A DNA stretch of 64,000 nt from Kiritimatiellia bacterium (GCA_040767085.1 JAXGPF010000012.1:1-64000); one strand, 5' to 3'; counted from the stretch's first letter, positions 18,765 to 29,302 are shown. Notes: generated by a model not told the origin, from the sequence alone. Program-made: numbers and translations.

Positions 18765-20948
18765 TTACTGTTTATCGTTTTTTGCGCCGCCGAAGATGGA
18801 GCGCAAGTCGCGCGGAATGTACGCCAGGCGCCAGCGCGGTTCGGCAATCGTTCCCGTCAATTCGAATTCCAGCGCCTTGCTGAGCGGCAGGGTGGCCAGG
18901 CGCACCAGGGCGCTGACCAGCGTGTGCTGCCGCAGCAGGTTGACCTGCACCTTGAAATCCAGGCGGCCATCGAAGTGATAATCGCCGTTTGCCCGCAAAC
19001 TGAACACATCGCCCTCCACCAGCACTTCTTCCGCCCTGATTCTGCCGCGGCGGATGCTGAAACGGGCGCGGACGTCAGTCTGACGCATGACCATGTTCAA
19101 ACCGGGAATGATTTTGCCCAGTTGTTCCGACAGTCCGCCGAACAGGGGAATCTGGAAAATACGGCCATTGGCGATGCGCAGGCGGCCCTGGCCGGCAAGC
19201 TGGTCCAGGGCCTGGGCATCGAGGGGTCCGGCGGCGCGGAGTTGCAGGGATAAACGCCCCTGGTAGGGTGCGGCGCCGTCGCCCAGCCGTTCGCGCATGA
19301 GTTTATTGAAATCGATGTCGGCTGCATCCAGAACGGCTTCGAACAGGTAAGGCGCATCCTGTGCGCCGCCGGGCATGAAGGATATCGCGCCGTCAAATTT
19401 ACCGTTGAAAATCCCGCCGGCAATTTCGCCGATCTCGATGGTGTCTTCCACCACGTTCAGACTCAGGTTGCAGTAATCCGGCGTCAAGAACCCCCATCCG
19501 GCGCGCTGGCATTCCATGGTCAATTCGACCGCGTCGCGTTCCGTGCCGGTAAATCCGATCCGGCCGGCGGCGCGGGTCTGGGTTGGCCCCCTGAAATGAA
19601 AAGGCGCGAGGACTTCCGCGATCACGGGGTGGATCATCCTGGCCGCCGCCTGGGGGTCCACCGAAGAAAGCGCATCAAACTCGACCAGGCCGGCGTCGAA
19701 ATCCAGCGCCAGCCGCCCCTGCATGGCCCCTTCGCGGCGGGTGGCGGCCAGGGGCGCGAAGACCAGCGCGGCCCGGCCGGCGGAAAACTCGGCGGTGAAG
19801 GCCGACTGCGCCAATTCCACCGGCACGTCTTCGTAAACCAGGTAGTTGGCCTGAATCACACCGTTCAGAAACACCCGCGGCTGGCTGGCCAGGCTCCCGC
19901 TGAAATCGGCGTTGATATGGGGCGGCGTACGGCTGAAGGAGAAATCGTTGATGTTGTCCACGACCTGCGTCAGGCCGGCGGCGTTCAGGACCGGCAGGAT
20001 CACGCCGGGATTGCACCAGGTCTGCGCGCGTCCGGCAAACGCATCGTTGCGGCGGTCGTAAGTCAGTTCCAGGGTGACCGGACCGCGCTGGGCGCCGGCG
20101 CCGGCGAACGCCTCCAGTTTCCGCACGCGCAGTTCACGGTCGTCGATTTCCAGCGTGGCGGAACAATGTTCCGCCGGGATATCCCATAAGCGCGCTTGCG
20201 CCATTTGCAGGACGGCGGCAAGTGTGCCGCCTTCCAGGCGGATGTCGCAGGTCAGGCCTTCGGCGCGGTGCCCTTCGAAGGCGGCGTCCTGGGTTTCGAG
20301 CCGGCAGTGGACGCGGTTGCTGGCCGGGTGGCCGGGATGCAAATCGAATTCCGCCGTCAGGCTCGGCGGATGTTCGAACCGCAGCCGGCGGTAAAATTGC
20401 AGTCCCTGCCGGAAAGCCTGGTTGGCGCCGGGCAAGGCGGCGGGTTCCAGCTGGCGCTCGGGGAGGGTGATCCTGCCACGGCCTGCCACGTTCACCCCGG
20501 CGAGGGAGCCGGAAAATTCCTCCACCCGCAACTGGCGGGATGTGTCGAACAGGATTTGCGCTTGCGCGTTTTCCAGGATGACGGGTTGGCCATTGTCCGC
20601 CGGGCCGTCCAGCGGCAGATTGGCCCGGGCATTTTTGACGGTTACCCGGCGCAGTCCGAATGCGCCCGGCTGGCGATGCAGCAGGCGGGGTTGCAGCACG
20701 ATGCGCTCGGCGGCGAGCAACGGGGCGCCGATATCGCCCTGCAGGTAACAGCAAACGCCGGTGGCAATGATGCCCTCGAAGACGCCGAGCTTGATTTTGT
20801 CCAGGGTGACGGTGACGCCCGGCAGCTGCAGGCGCCGTTCGATGCGGCGGGTCAGGGCATCCGGCACGCCGTGCATACTCAGCGAGAGGATGGCGATCAG
20901 AGCCGCCAGCAAGGCGAATAAGAACAGATGTTTGACGAATTTCAGCAT
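18765..20948 (-). CDS. AsmA-like protein
   Basis: N-terminal membrane anchor, long beta-rich body, AsmA-like C-terminus (LTGTIAEPRW). Confidence 0.75.
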   Translation of the reverse strand: MLKFVKHLFLFALLAALIAILSLSMHGVPDALTRRIERRLQLPGVTVTLDKIKLGVFEGIIATGVCCYLQGDIGAPLLAAERIVLQPRLLHRQPGAFGLRRVTVKNARANLPLDGPADNGQPVILENAQAQILFDTSRQLRVEEFSGSLAGVNVAGRGRITLPERQLEPAALPGANQAFRQGLQFYRRLRFEHPPSLTAEFDLHPGHPASNRVHCRLETQDAAFEGHRAEGLTCDIRLEGGTLAAVLQMAQARLWDIPAEHCSATLEIDDRELRVRKLEAFAGAGAQRGPVTLELTYDRRNDAFAGRAQTWCNPGVILPVLNAAGLTQVVDNINDFSFSRTPPHINADFSGSLASQPRVFLNGVIQANYLVYEDVPVELAQSAFTAEFSAGRAALVFAPLAATRREGAMQGRLALDFDAGLVEFDALSSVDPQAAARMIHPVIAEVLAPFHFRGPTQTRAAGRIGFTGTERDAVELTMECQRAGWGFLTPDYCNLSLNVVEDTIEIGEIAGGIFNGKFDGAISFMPGGAQDAPYLFEAVLDAADIDFNKLMRERLGDGAAPYQGRLSLQLRAAGPLDAQALDQLAGQGRLRIANGRIFQIPLFGGLSEQLGKIIPGLNMVMRQTDVRARFSIRRGRIRAEEVLVEGDVFSLRANGDYHFDGRLDFKVQVNLLRQHTLVSALVRLATLPLSKALEFELTGTIAEPRWRLAYIPRDLRSIFGGAKNDKQ

Positions 20949-20958
20949 GGTGAATCGT

Positions 20959-22818
20959 TTATTGCGCGAGAAATTCCATGCAAAGGGCGGCGATTTCACG
21001 GTCCATGACAAAAACGCCCGGCTGCCCCTGGATCATGCCGAATACGCCCAGGTCTTCCGCCGACTGCCCGCCCAGGATTGTTTTACGGATGCCTTCCGCG
21101 CCGGTCAGCGTGAAACTGATGCTGAATAACGGTTCCGCCAGGCCGTAACGGGCGAGGTCGGCCGGCGCGCCGCGTTCATAACGCGCCGCGCGCAAATTCG
21201 CGGCCAGCGCCAGCAGCCGGGCAACCAGGGCGGCTGGCGGCGGCGGCTCCGCTGCGGCGTCGCCTGCATCCGCCGCTTTCCATGCGCCGTTCTCAGCGCG
21301 TTCCACCGTCCGGCAAAGCCCCTTGGCCGAGCAGGCGATTGCCCGGATGTTTTGCGGATCAAGCGCGAGCACGGTGCGATCGCGGTAATCCGCCGCATCC
21401 GCCGCGATGGCGGAGATGGCGGCGGCGGAAAGGCTGAAAACCTGCTGGTCATCGTCGAAACGCGCAAAAATGCCCGCCGGCTCCGCCTGGCAGGCGCCGA
21501 CACGCAGCACCCGGCCGATGCCGGCGCGTTCCGCCGCCGGCGCGGCGGCGGTATCAAGCATTTGCGTCAACACGCCGGCGGGAGGAGGCGCTTCCGCCAA
21601 CCGGAGGACGAGTTCAGGTTTGGCCAGGGCCGCTTGAACCGTTTCGCTGAGTTCGACAAAGTTTTCGATCCGCAGCGTATTCAGACGGTGCAACAGGTCG
21701 GCAACCGCCTGGTCCTCGGCCTTGGTTTGGATGGGCGCGACGATTTGCCAGGTTTTGTTCGTCAACTGCAAATGCAGCAGGCGGCTGCCGGATTCGATTC
21801 CGATGAAGGCGGTTTTTTCCGGCGCCATGAAATACAGGCGGGTGTCCCGCAGCGCTGCCAGTTGCGCGGGCAGCGCCTGCACCGCGGCGCGCGGCACGGC
21901 GTACACCGACGCGGCGTCGGCCAGGGCCGCATACAACAAGGGTTCCCCGGCAACGGGCTTGCCGAAATTGATTTTAATGCCCGCGTCGGCGTTGGCGGGC
22001 CACAAACTCACCTGGAGGCTGGCCTCGTCTTCGCTCAAGCCGTAGGCCACCGGGTCGGCCATGGTTTCCGAAACGAACTGAGCAATGCGCAGGCCGTAAA
22101 TCTGTTCCAGGCATTGCATGACTTTTTGCCGTTCGGCGCGGGCGGCGACGGGGCGCTGAATGATCCATTCGCTGCCATCCCGGACCAGTTTGATCAGGGG
22201 TCCCTGCGCCGGCTTGATTTCCATGCGATCGATGGCGGCGGGATCGCCGGCCACCAGCCGCCGGTCCCGCAGGTCATCCAGGACGCGTGGAATGACGCCG
22301 AGCAGGTTGGTCGCGGTGGCCACGACATCGGACTGCAGGTCGAACCTGATATAGAGCGCATCCTGCAGCGGCGAAAGGTTGCCGATATCCAGGGCGGTTG
22401 TCCGGCGGCCGCCGGCGCCGAACACGATGCGGGCGCGCGGGGCGGCCAAGCCGTAATCCGCCAGGGTCACGCCGCGCGCCTGGCGCTGGTTTTCCGTGAT
22501 GGTTTCCAGCCGCGGCAGATTTTCCGCGTTGGCCAGCAGATGGTTGACGCGGCCGGAATCGGCGCGGGCCCGGATGGGCTTGGCGAGCATCCATTGCCCC
22601 TGGTTGCGTTCTAATTCCGCCGCCAGATTTTCGTGGCGCAGGGAGATGCGATCAATCTTTTCCAACGCGGCGCCCAGGACCGGCAGGGGCTGGCCCGCGT
22701 CGGCGGGCGGCCCGCCAGCGCGCCATTCCACCAGCAGGATGTACACGGCGGCCGCAGCGGCCAGCACCAGCAAGAGCAGGGTGGATTTAAGTTGGCGGGC
22801 GGTATCGGATTGGTGCAT
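20959..22818 (-). CDS. DUF4340 domain protein
   Basis: N-terminal TM; three repeats with W..PI/PV..AD/E and YGL motifs. Confidence 0.8.
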   Translation of the reverse strand: MHQSDTARQLKSTLLLLVLAAAAAVYILLVEWRAGGPPADAGQPLPVLGAALEKIDRISLRHENLAAELERNQGQWMLAKPIRARADSGRVNHLLANAENLPRLETITENQRQARGVTLADYGLAAPRARIVFGAGGRRTTALDIGNLSPLQDALYIRFDLQSDVVATATNLLGVIPRVLDDLRDRRLVAGDPAAIDRMEIKPAQGPLIKLVRDGSEWIIQRPVAARAERQKVMQCLEQIYGLRIAQFVSETMADPVAYGLSEDEASLQVSLWPANADAGIKINFGKPVAGEPLLYAALADAASVYAVPRAAVQALPAQLAALRDTRLYFMAPEKTAFIGIESGSRLLHLQLTNKTWQIVAPIQTKAEDQAVADLLHRLNTLRIENFVELSETVQAALAKPELVLRLAEAPPPAGVLTQMLDTAAAPAAERAGIGRVLRVGACQAEPAGIFARFDDDQQVFSLSAAAISAIAADAADYRDRTVLALDPQNIRAIACSAKGLCRTVERAENGAWKAADAGDAAAEPPPPAALVARLLALAANLRAARYERGAPADLARYGLAEPLFSISFTLTGAEGIRKTILGGQSAEDLGVFGMIQGQPGVFVMDREIAALCMEFLAQ

Positions 22819-22895
22819 GATGCGCAGTCAAGTTATCCAGTGTAGCGGTTCAGCATGACGGGTTCGGCAAGTTCGATCAATGGGCTGCGGCGGCT

Positions 22896-24335
22896 TCATT
22901 TCCGGCGCCGCCACCGGACCAGAACCCCGGCCGCGGCGGCGCCCAGCGGCAATCCGAAGCCCAGCAGCCAATACAGTAAATTCAGCCGGCCCCGGCTCAG
23001 ATTAATCCGCAGCGTCGGCGGCGGGCGCGGGGCAATCTCCGGCCCCTGGCGGCTTTCCGCCAGCCAGTTCAAGGCGTTTAAAAACAAATCGCAACTGTAC
23101 CCGGCCGCCAGCGCGCCGTTGGCAACCAGGCTGGAATCGCCGAAAACCACCAGGCGCGCGGTTTTCAATTCCACGTTGATATTTTCCGTGGTGCCCCGTT
23201 CCACCGCCATGGCGACGGGAATCGGGCCGCGCTGATCGGTTTCAGCGTCAAATTTCGGCGGGTTCTGGTAGGCGGAAGTGTCCGCCCAGCCCTTTTCCGA
23301 GGTGCTGGCCAGGACGGTTGCCCGCGGGCGGTCGGAAGGCGCATTGGTGTCCAGCAGCGGCTGAATGGAGCGGGGCAGGTTGAAAATCGTGGCCAGGTTT
23401 TGCATGCGGGCGGTAATCGGGTGATGGCCGTATAGATTCACCAGCAATTCACGGCCCGTCAACGTCAAGCCCATCACACGGTCGTCCCCGGCCCTCACAC
23501 CCCATTCCGCCAGCAGGTCGTCCAGGCCGGCGTCCACGCCGGAATCCAGCAGCAGGAAAAGCCGTCCGGAATGTTTTAACATGTTTTTGATCAAATCTAC
23601 TTCCGCGCCCGGCAAACGGCGGGTGGGCCCGGCCACGACCAGGACATCGCAGACCGGCAGGGCGCCGGATTCGAAATGAACGGTTTGGACTTCGAAATTG
23701 TTGCGGCGGATCATGCGCGCGATTCTGGAATAACCGTGCATGGGGTCGAAATCTTCAACGCTTTTCTCGCCGTGGCCCGTTAAAAATGCCGCCACGGGTT
23801 TGCGTTCCTGCAGCAGGCCGTGAATGGCGGCGGATACCGCATGTTCGCCGCGGAAGGCCGTGATGGTTCTGGCGCCGCCGGCCAGCATGGGGGTGTAATC
23901 GTAGTCAGCCAATTCGTGCAATGGAATACTGCTGAGGCGTCCCTGGGTTTCGAACAGCAGGTAATTGGGGGCGTTGACATCGTGCTGCAGCGCCAGTTCC
24001 TTGCTGCGCGCCAGGTCGCGGTGCGGGTCCACGAATTCCACCTGCACCTTGCCGCCGGCGAAGGCATATTCGCGCAGCAGCCCGCGTACATCGCGGAATA
24101 ACTCGTGGTTCGGCGTCATCAAAGCGGTAATTTTGATGGGGCCTGGGGCCTTGTCCAGCAGTTCAAGCGTGGCGGGCGTCAGCGCAAAATAGCTTGCACG
24201 GCTCAAATCCACGCGCCACCAATGGCGGGCGGCGATGTAATTCAACATGGCGGCCAGGATCCCGGCCAGCGCGATGGCTGACCACGCGTTCCAGCGCAGG
24301 AACCGGCGTTTTTGGCTGTAATCCTGACGCGGCAT
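22896..24335 (-). CDS. GldG-like ABC-type uncharacterised transport auxiliary protein
   Basis: DLS....L, FVDP, FLTGHGEK, RLVVFGDS and NALNWL motifs; TM at both ends. Confidence 0.85.
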   Translation of the reverse strand: MPRQDYSQKRRFLRWNAWSAIALAGILAAMLNYIAARHWWRVDLSRASYFALTPATLELLDKAPGPIKITALMTPNHELFRDVRGLLREYAFAGGKVQVEFVDPHRDLARSKELALQHDVNAPNYLLFETQGRLSSIPLHELADYDYTPMLAGGARTITAFRGEHAVSAAIHGLLQERKPVAAFLTGHGEKSVEDFDPMHGYSRIARMIRRNNFEVQTVHFESGALPVCDVLVVAGPTRRLPGAEVDLIKNMLKHSGRLFLLLDSGVDAGLDDLLAEWGVRAGDDRVMGLTLTGRELLVNLYGHHPITARMQNLATIFNLPRSIQPLLDTNAPSDRPRATVLASTSEKGWADTSAYQNPPKFDAETDQRGPIPVAMAVERGTTENINVELKTARLVVFGDSSLVANGALAAGYSCDLFLNALNWLAESRQGPEIAPRPPPTLRINLSRGRLNLLYWLLGFGLPLGAAAAGVLVRWRRRK

Positions 24336-24405
24336 TGCGTGTCAATCTCCCCGATCCTGCAATTTCGTTTTTACCTTCGATCGTTCCACCGCGGTTGCCG
24401 GCCCT

Positions 24406-25152
24406 TTACCGCCAATGGCGGGCGTCCAGAATTTTAACGGCGGCAAACAGGAAAAACATGATGCCTGAAACATATAAAATCACCGGGCGCGAGTCTAAAA
24501 TGCCCTGCGCGAAATCCATGATATGCTGCGATGGGGAGAGATACCCCAGGACCGCGGCGGCGCGGCTGCCCGGCAGGACCTGCCCGATGGCGTCGGCGAA
24601 AAAGCTCAGGATCAAGCCGGTGAAACAGAGGGCCGCCGCCGCCGCCGGGCTGCGCGTCAGGGCGGAAACCATGATCCCGAAAGCCGTGTAAAAAGCGCCG
24701 ATCAGCAATATCGCGGCGCAGCCGCCCAACAGCGGCGCGGGGTCGGCCAGCAGCGGGGCCGCCGCGGCCATGCTCAGCGCCGGGCCGAACGCGCAAACCG
24801 GAACGCACAACAGGATGTAGCATGTCAGGGCGGCGCAGTACTTGGCCAGCACGGCCTGGGTGTCGGTGACGGGCGCGGTAAGGAGCATTTCAAGGGCGCC
24901 GCTTTTGTGTTCGTCGGCGAAGCTGCCCATGGTGATCAGCGTCACGGCGGCCAGCGCCATGCTCCAGAAAAACACCGAGCCGAAAAGCACGTCGCCCAAC
25001 AACAGCCGTTCCTGCATACTTTGCGAAATCAGCCGGCAGAAACTCAACCCGGCTACCAGCCAGAAGGCCGACGCGGTGACGTAGGCGATGGGCGCGCAAA
25101 ACCAGGCGAATACCTGGCGTTTATAAATGGCCCAGAATGCTTGCATATACAC
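24406..25152 (-). CDS. ABC-2 type permease (GldF-like)
   Basis: ITMGSFADEHKSGALEMLLTAP...LAKY; 6 TM. Confidence 0.88.
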   Translation of the reverse strand: MYMQAFWAIYKRQVFAWFCAPIAYVTASAFWLVAGLSFCRLISQSMQERLLLGDVLFGSVFFWSMALAAVTLITMGSFADEHKSGALEMLLTAPVTDTQAVLAKYCAALTCYILLCVPVCAFGPALSMAAAAPLLADPAPLLGGCAAILLIGAFYTAFGIMVSALTRSPAAAAALCFTGLILSFFADAIGQVLPGSRAAAVLGYLSPSQHIMDFAQGILDSRPVILYVSGIMFFLFAAVKILDARHWR

Positions 25153-25201
25153 AGTGTCCGGTTAGCCGTGCTTGGCGTAAAACCTTCAATCTTTCCAAAA
25201 G

Positions 25202-26158
25202 TTAATTCGTGGTTAGCGAGGCAAAAATGTCCTCCAGGTTCTTGCGTTCGGAATGCAATTCCCGCAAAATCCAATGCTGTTGCTTTGCCGCGTTAAAAAC
25301 CGCCGGACGCAGGTCGTCCCGCCCCGCGCAATCCAACTGGTAACAGTGCCAATCCGGGTCGTCCGCGCCGGCCTCGGCGCCGTCCGCCGCCGGCCGGCAG
25401 GCGACGCGGCTGACGCCCGGCAGCCGCCTGAGTTCCGGCGCGGCGATCTCCGGGGGCGCATTGATTTCCACCGTGAGGCGGGCATGGCCGGCAAGCATGG
25501 CCGCCAGGTTGTCCGGTGAATCGTCGGCGATCATCCGCCCCTGGCGCATGATCAGCGCCCGCTGGCAGATCAACTCGGCTTCGTGCAGAAAATGGGTGGC
25601 GAGGATGACGGTGTACTTGCCGGCCAGTCCGCGGATCAATTCCCGGATGGCGCGGATCTGGTTGGGATCCAGTCCGATCGTCGGCTCGTCGAGGATCAGC
25701 AGCCGGGGTTCGTGGATCAGGCTGTCGGCCAGGCCGATCCTTTGCCAATGCCCGCGCGAAAGCTGGCCGATTATCCGGTCAAAAACGGATTCCAGGCTGC
25801 AACTGGTGCGCACCGCCTCCAGCCGGCCGGGCAGGCGGGCGCGCGGCACGCCTTTCAGCCGGGCGCGGAATGACAGGTACTCGCGCACGCGCATTTCCGG
25901 GTAAAGCGGAACATTTTCCGGCAGGTAGCCGATCCGCCGGCGGATTTCCACGGCATGCTCGCCTAAGGCCAGGCCGTCAATGACCACCCGGCCGCTGGTG
26001 GGCGCCAGGTAGCCGCTCAAAATGCGCAGCGTGGTGGATTTGCCGGCGCCGTTGGGGCCGAGGATGGCGGTGATCTGGCCGCGGACGACATGCAACGAAA
26101 TGTCATCCACGGCGGTGACGCCCGCGAATTTCCTGGTTAAGTTGCTGACTTGAATCAT
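25202..26158 (-). CDS. ABC transporter ATP-binding protein (GldA-like)
   Basis: Walker A GPNGAGKST, LSRGHWQR, LILDEPT. Confidence 0.92.
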   Translation of the reverse strand: MIQVSNLTRKFAGVTAVDDISLHVVRGQITAILGPNGAGKSTTLRILSGYLAPTSGRVVIDGLALGEHAVEIRRRIGYLPENVPLYPEMRVREYLSFRARLKGVPRARLPGRLEAVRTSCSLESVFDRIIGQLSRGHWQRIGLADSLIHEPRLLILDEPTIGLDPNQIRAIRELIRGLAGKYTVILATHFLHEAELICQRALIMRQGRMIADDSPDNLAAMLAGHARLTVEINAPPEIAAPELRRLPGVSRVACRPAADGAEAGADDPDWHCYQLDCAGRDDLRPAVFNAAKQQHWILRELHSERKNLEDIFASLTTN

Positions 26159-26321
26159 GCCAATCAACCGATTTCCGCACAACATTAGTTTTAAAATCAA
26201 CCTAACCGGTATCATATTAGGATGACCGCCGATGTTCAACGAAAATCCGAATTCGCTTGCATTGCGGCCGGCATCAACGTAAATTGTAAGCCAACAGCTT
26301 GATCACCAGTCCCCAAACAGC

Positions 26322-27644
26322 ATGCCATCTCAAAATGGAGGTGCCTCGATGCGCAAAGCCGTCAAAAGTTTGCTTGTGCTTGGTTTATGCAGCGCGCTGC
26401 ATCTGCGCGCCGACCATTACGTGGCGCAAAACGGCCAAGAGCCCGAATGGCCTTATGCGACTTTGAACACGGCGGCCAGCAATATCCAGGATGCCGTCAA
26501 TGCCGCCACGAATGGCGCCCTGGTCTGGGTACATGCCGGCGAATATTACACGCCGACCAACGCCGTGTTTGCTGATAACGGGACCTCCGTGGTCTGTATC
26601 TCCAACGCCATCACCTTGCGCAGTGTCAACGGGGCGGCATCCACCATTATTGATGGCGGCGGATCCAATCGCTGCGTTTATATCAACGTTTCCGCGGCGA
26701 ATTGCGCTTTCGGGCCAGCCATCCTGGATGGCTTCACGCTGACCAACGGCTACTCCATCTTGCGCGGCGCCGGCGTTGTCATTGCCGGCGGCGCCGCCGG
26801 CACGGGCGTGGTTCAAAACTGCGTTGTTTCCGGCAATGCCGTGGGAAAAGCCATCGAGAATGCCTGGGCCGGCGGCGGCGGGATTTATGCCTACAACTCG
26901 CTTGGTTTTATCCCGGTGGTTTCCAATTGCCTGGTGCGCGGGAACCGCGTCTTCAATGTCAGCGTGGTGACCAATGGGCTGGGGGGGGGGATTTTTTTGC
27001 GCGTGCTGGGGCAGGTTGTGGATTGTACCATCACCGAAAACTCTTCTGACGGGTATGGTGGCGGCTTCTACCTGAACTCGCCCAGAAGTCTGTTGGATCG
27101 CTGCCTGATCGTAAGCAACACGGCGGCCAGTGGCGGCGGCCTTTATGCGCGCAGCACCAGCATGGAATTGCGCAATTGCCAGATCGCCAACAATTCCGCC
27201 GCATCGGGTTCCGGCCTGTTCTTTTATTCGTTTACCAACGTGCCGATCTATAACTGCACGTTTGTGAACAATACGTTCCAAATCGGCAACCAGGTGGCTA
27301 ACGGCGATTTGCGGAATAATATCATACAATCTTTGATCATCAATGCTGATGCCACGATTACGGGGTACAACAACTGTCTGCCGTCTATTCCCGTCGTCGG
27401 TGAGTGGAACAACACGATTGTGACCACCAACAACCTGGATTACGTCGGATTTGTGAATCTTGCCGCCGGTAATTACCGGCTGACGCCGGAATCCCCCTGC
27501 GTCAATGTCGGTAATGATCAGTTGGAATGGCTGAAGGATTCCCGGGATCTCGACCGCCATCAGCGGATTGACCGCTTTTACGGCCTGCCGGACATCGGCT
27601 GCTACGAATACCTTCCCGGCGGCACGGTGTTCGGGTTGCGTTAA
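26322..27644 (+). CDS. Secreted right-handed beta-helix protein with choice-of-anchor-Q-like C-terminus
   Basis: Signal peptide, AASNIQDAV, IIDGGG, GGG repeats, YRL...SPCVN.G and DIGCYEY. Confidence 0.8.
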   Translation: MPSQNGGASMRKAVKSLLVLGLCSALHLRADHYVAQNGQEPEWPYATLNTAASNIQDAVNAATNGALVWVHAGEYYTPTNAVFADNGTSVVCISNAITLRSVNGAASTIIDGGGSNRCVYINVSAANCAFGPAILDGFTLTNGYSILRGAGVVIAGGAAGTGVVQNCVVSGNAVGKAIENAWAGGGGIYAYNSLGFIPVVSNCLVRGNRVFNVSVVTNGLGGGIFLRVLGQVVDCTITENSSDGYGGGFYLNSPRSLLDRCLIVSNTAASGGGLYARSTSMELRNCQIANNSAASGSGLFFYSFTNVPIYNCTFVNNTFQIGNQVANGDLRNNIIQSLIINADATITGYNNCLPSIPVVGEWNNTIVTTNNLDYVGFVNLAAGNYRLTPESPCVNVGNDQLEWLKDSRDLDRHQRIDRFYGLPDIGCYEYLPGGTVFGLR

Positions 27645-27708
27645 TTGGCGGCATTTGTTGGGGCGGTCCGGCTTTGCCGGACATTCCGCCTAAATTGGTT
27701 AACTTGCG

Positions 27709-29190
27709 ATGCACCGCCATGGGCGCCAGCAGGAACGACCGTCAGGCTTGGACCGCCGGGCCGGCTTATACCGGGCCTTACTGCAACCCGGCGCCGGCCT
27801 GGTGCGGGAAGCGCCGCCGGATTTCCCCTACACGGAGCGTCACCTGAAATGCGTCTGGTTCGATCCGCGGCTGCGGCCGGAAGCCTTGCGGTCCGCGCGG
27901 CGGGAACCGGTGATTGTCGAAAGTCCGGGGCAATGGAACCTGGAGGCCGGCCCGGATTTCCTGGATGCCGTGCTGCTGGTCGGCCCGGAAAAACGGCGGT
28001 TGACCGGCGATGTTGAAATACATATCCGGCCGGCGGACTGGCGCCGGCACGGGCATGCCGCCAACCCGGCTTACCGGCGCCTGGCGGCGCATATAACTTA
28101 TTTCCCCGGCTATCTGCCCGCCGGCGAACTGCCGCCGGGCGCGGTGCAGCTCGCGCTGCAGCCGCTGTTGGCGCGCGACCCCGGCTTTGCCTTTGAGCAG
28201 TTGGATATCATGGCCTATCCCCGGGCGGCGCCGGACCTCTCGCCGCCTTGCGGCCGCCGGCTGGAAACGTGGGACGCCTCCCGCATCGGCCTGTTGCTGC
28301 AGGCCGCCGGCGCGGAGCGGCTGCGCCGCAAGGCGGAGCGGATGGCATCCGCCATGGCTGCGCGGGGCGCGGAACAGGTGTTTTATGAAGAATTTCTGTG
28401 CGCGCTGGGCTACAAGCATAATCGTCAGCCTTTTCGCGAACTGGCCGCGCGTGCGCCGCTGGCGGCGCTGCGGGAAGCCGCCGCCGGCAATGTGACGGCC
28501 GCATATGCCCTGCTGGCCGGCGTGGCCGGGCTGTTGCCCGCGGATGCGGCGGCCAGCGACCCGGCGACGCGCCGCTACCTGCGCGGGCTTTGGGATTACT
28601 GGTGGAAAAATCGCGATGCCTGGGAACAATGCATCCTGCCGCGGGGCGCCTGGCGGTTGAGCAGTTTGCGTCCGCAGAACCATCCCCTGCGCCGGCTGAT
28701 GGCCGCCGCCTGGCTGTTCGGCGGGGCCGCGGATTTACCGGCGCTCTGGCGTCGGCTGGCCGATGCCGACGCTCCCCGCACCGCTCTGGAGATTCTGGCG
28801 GCGGCAACGGATATGGACAAGGCCTGGGAAAATACCTACTGGCGGGACCGGCTGGCCTGGGGCGGGGCGCGGCAGGATCGGCCGGCGCGGCTGCTGGGCG
28901 CAGCGCGGCTGGCGGCGGTTTTCCTGAACGTGATTGCGCCGTTTCTGGAAGCCTTGGGCCGCGGCTATGCGCCGGGCTTCCTGGAGCAGGCGCCGCCGGA
29001 GGAAAGCAATGCCGCGGTCCGGCGGACGGCGCTAGCGCTGTTGGGAGTGGCGCACAGCCCGCAACTTTACCGGAGCGGCTTGCGCCAACAGGGCTTGCTC
29101 CAAATCGGCGCCGATTTCTGCCTGGAAACCCGCGCGCATTGCGCCGACTGCCGGTTGCCGGGCCTGCTGGAACAATTTCAGGATGCCTGA
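27709..29190 (+). CDS. DUF2851 family protein
   Basis: PGQWN..AGPDF, GDVEIH, DWRRHGH...PAY, RPQNHP and a C-terminal C-x5-C-x2-C. Confidence 0.85.
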   Translation: MHRHGRQQERPSGLDRRAGLYRALLQPGAGLVREAPPDFPYTERHLKCVWFDPRLRPEALRSARREPVIVESPGQWNLEAGPDFLDAVLLVGPEKRRLTGDVEIHIRPADWRRHGHAANPAYRRLAAHITYFPGYLPAGELPPGAVQLALQPLLARDPGFAFEQLDIMAYPRAAPDLSPPCGRRLETWDASRIGLLLQAAGAERLRRKAERMASAMAARGAEQVFYEEFLCALGYKHNRQPFRELAARAPLAALREAAAGNVTAAYALLAGVAGLLPADAAASDPATRRYLRGLWDYWWKNRDAWEQCILPRGAWRLSSLRPQNHPLRRLMAAAWLFGGAADLPALWRRLADADAPRTALEILAAATDMDKAWENTYWRDRLAWGGARQDRPARLLGAARLAAVFLNVIAPFLEALGRGYAPGFLEQAPPEESNAAVRRTALALLGVAHSPQLYRSGLRQQGLLQIGADFCLETRAHCADCRLPGLLEQFQDA

Positions 29191-29302
29191 TCCGCGGTAA
29201 GGCGCCATCCGGCATGTCCGGCAAAGCCGGACCGCTACAGCGGAACGGAATGCCGAGGCAGGGCTCGCAGTGCCGCCAGCGCCAGGCGGCGCGTACTGCC
29301 GG

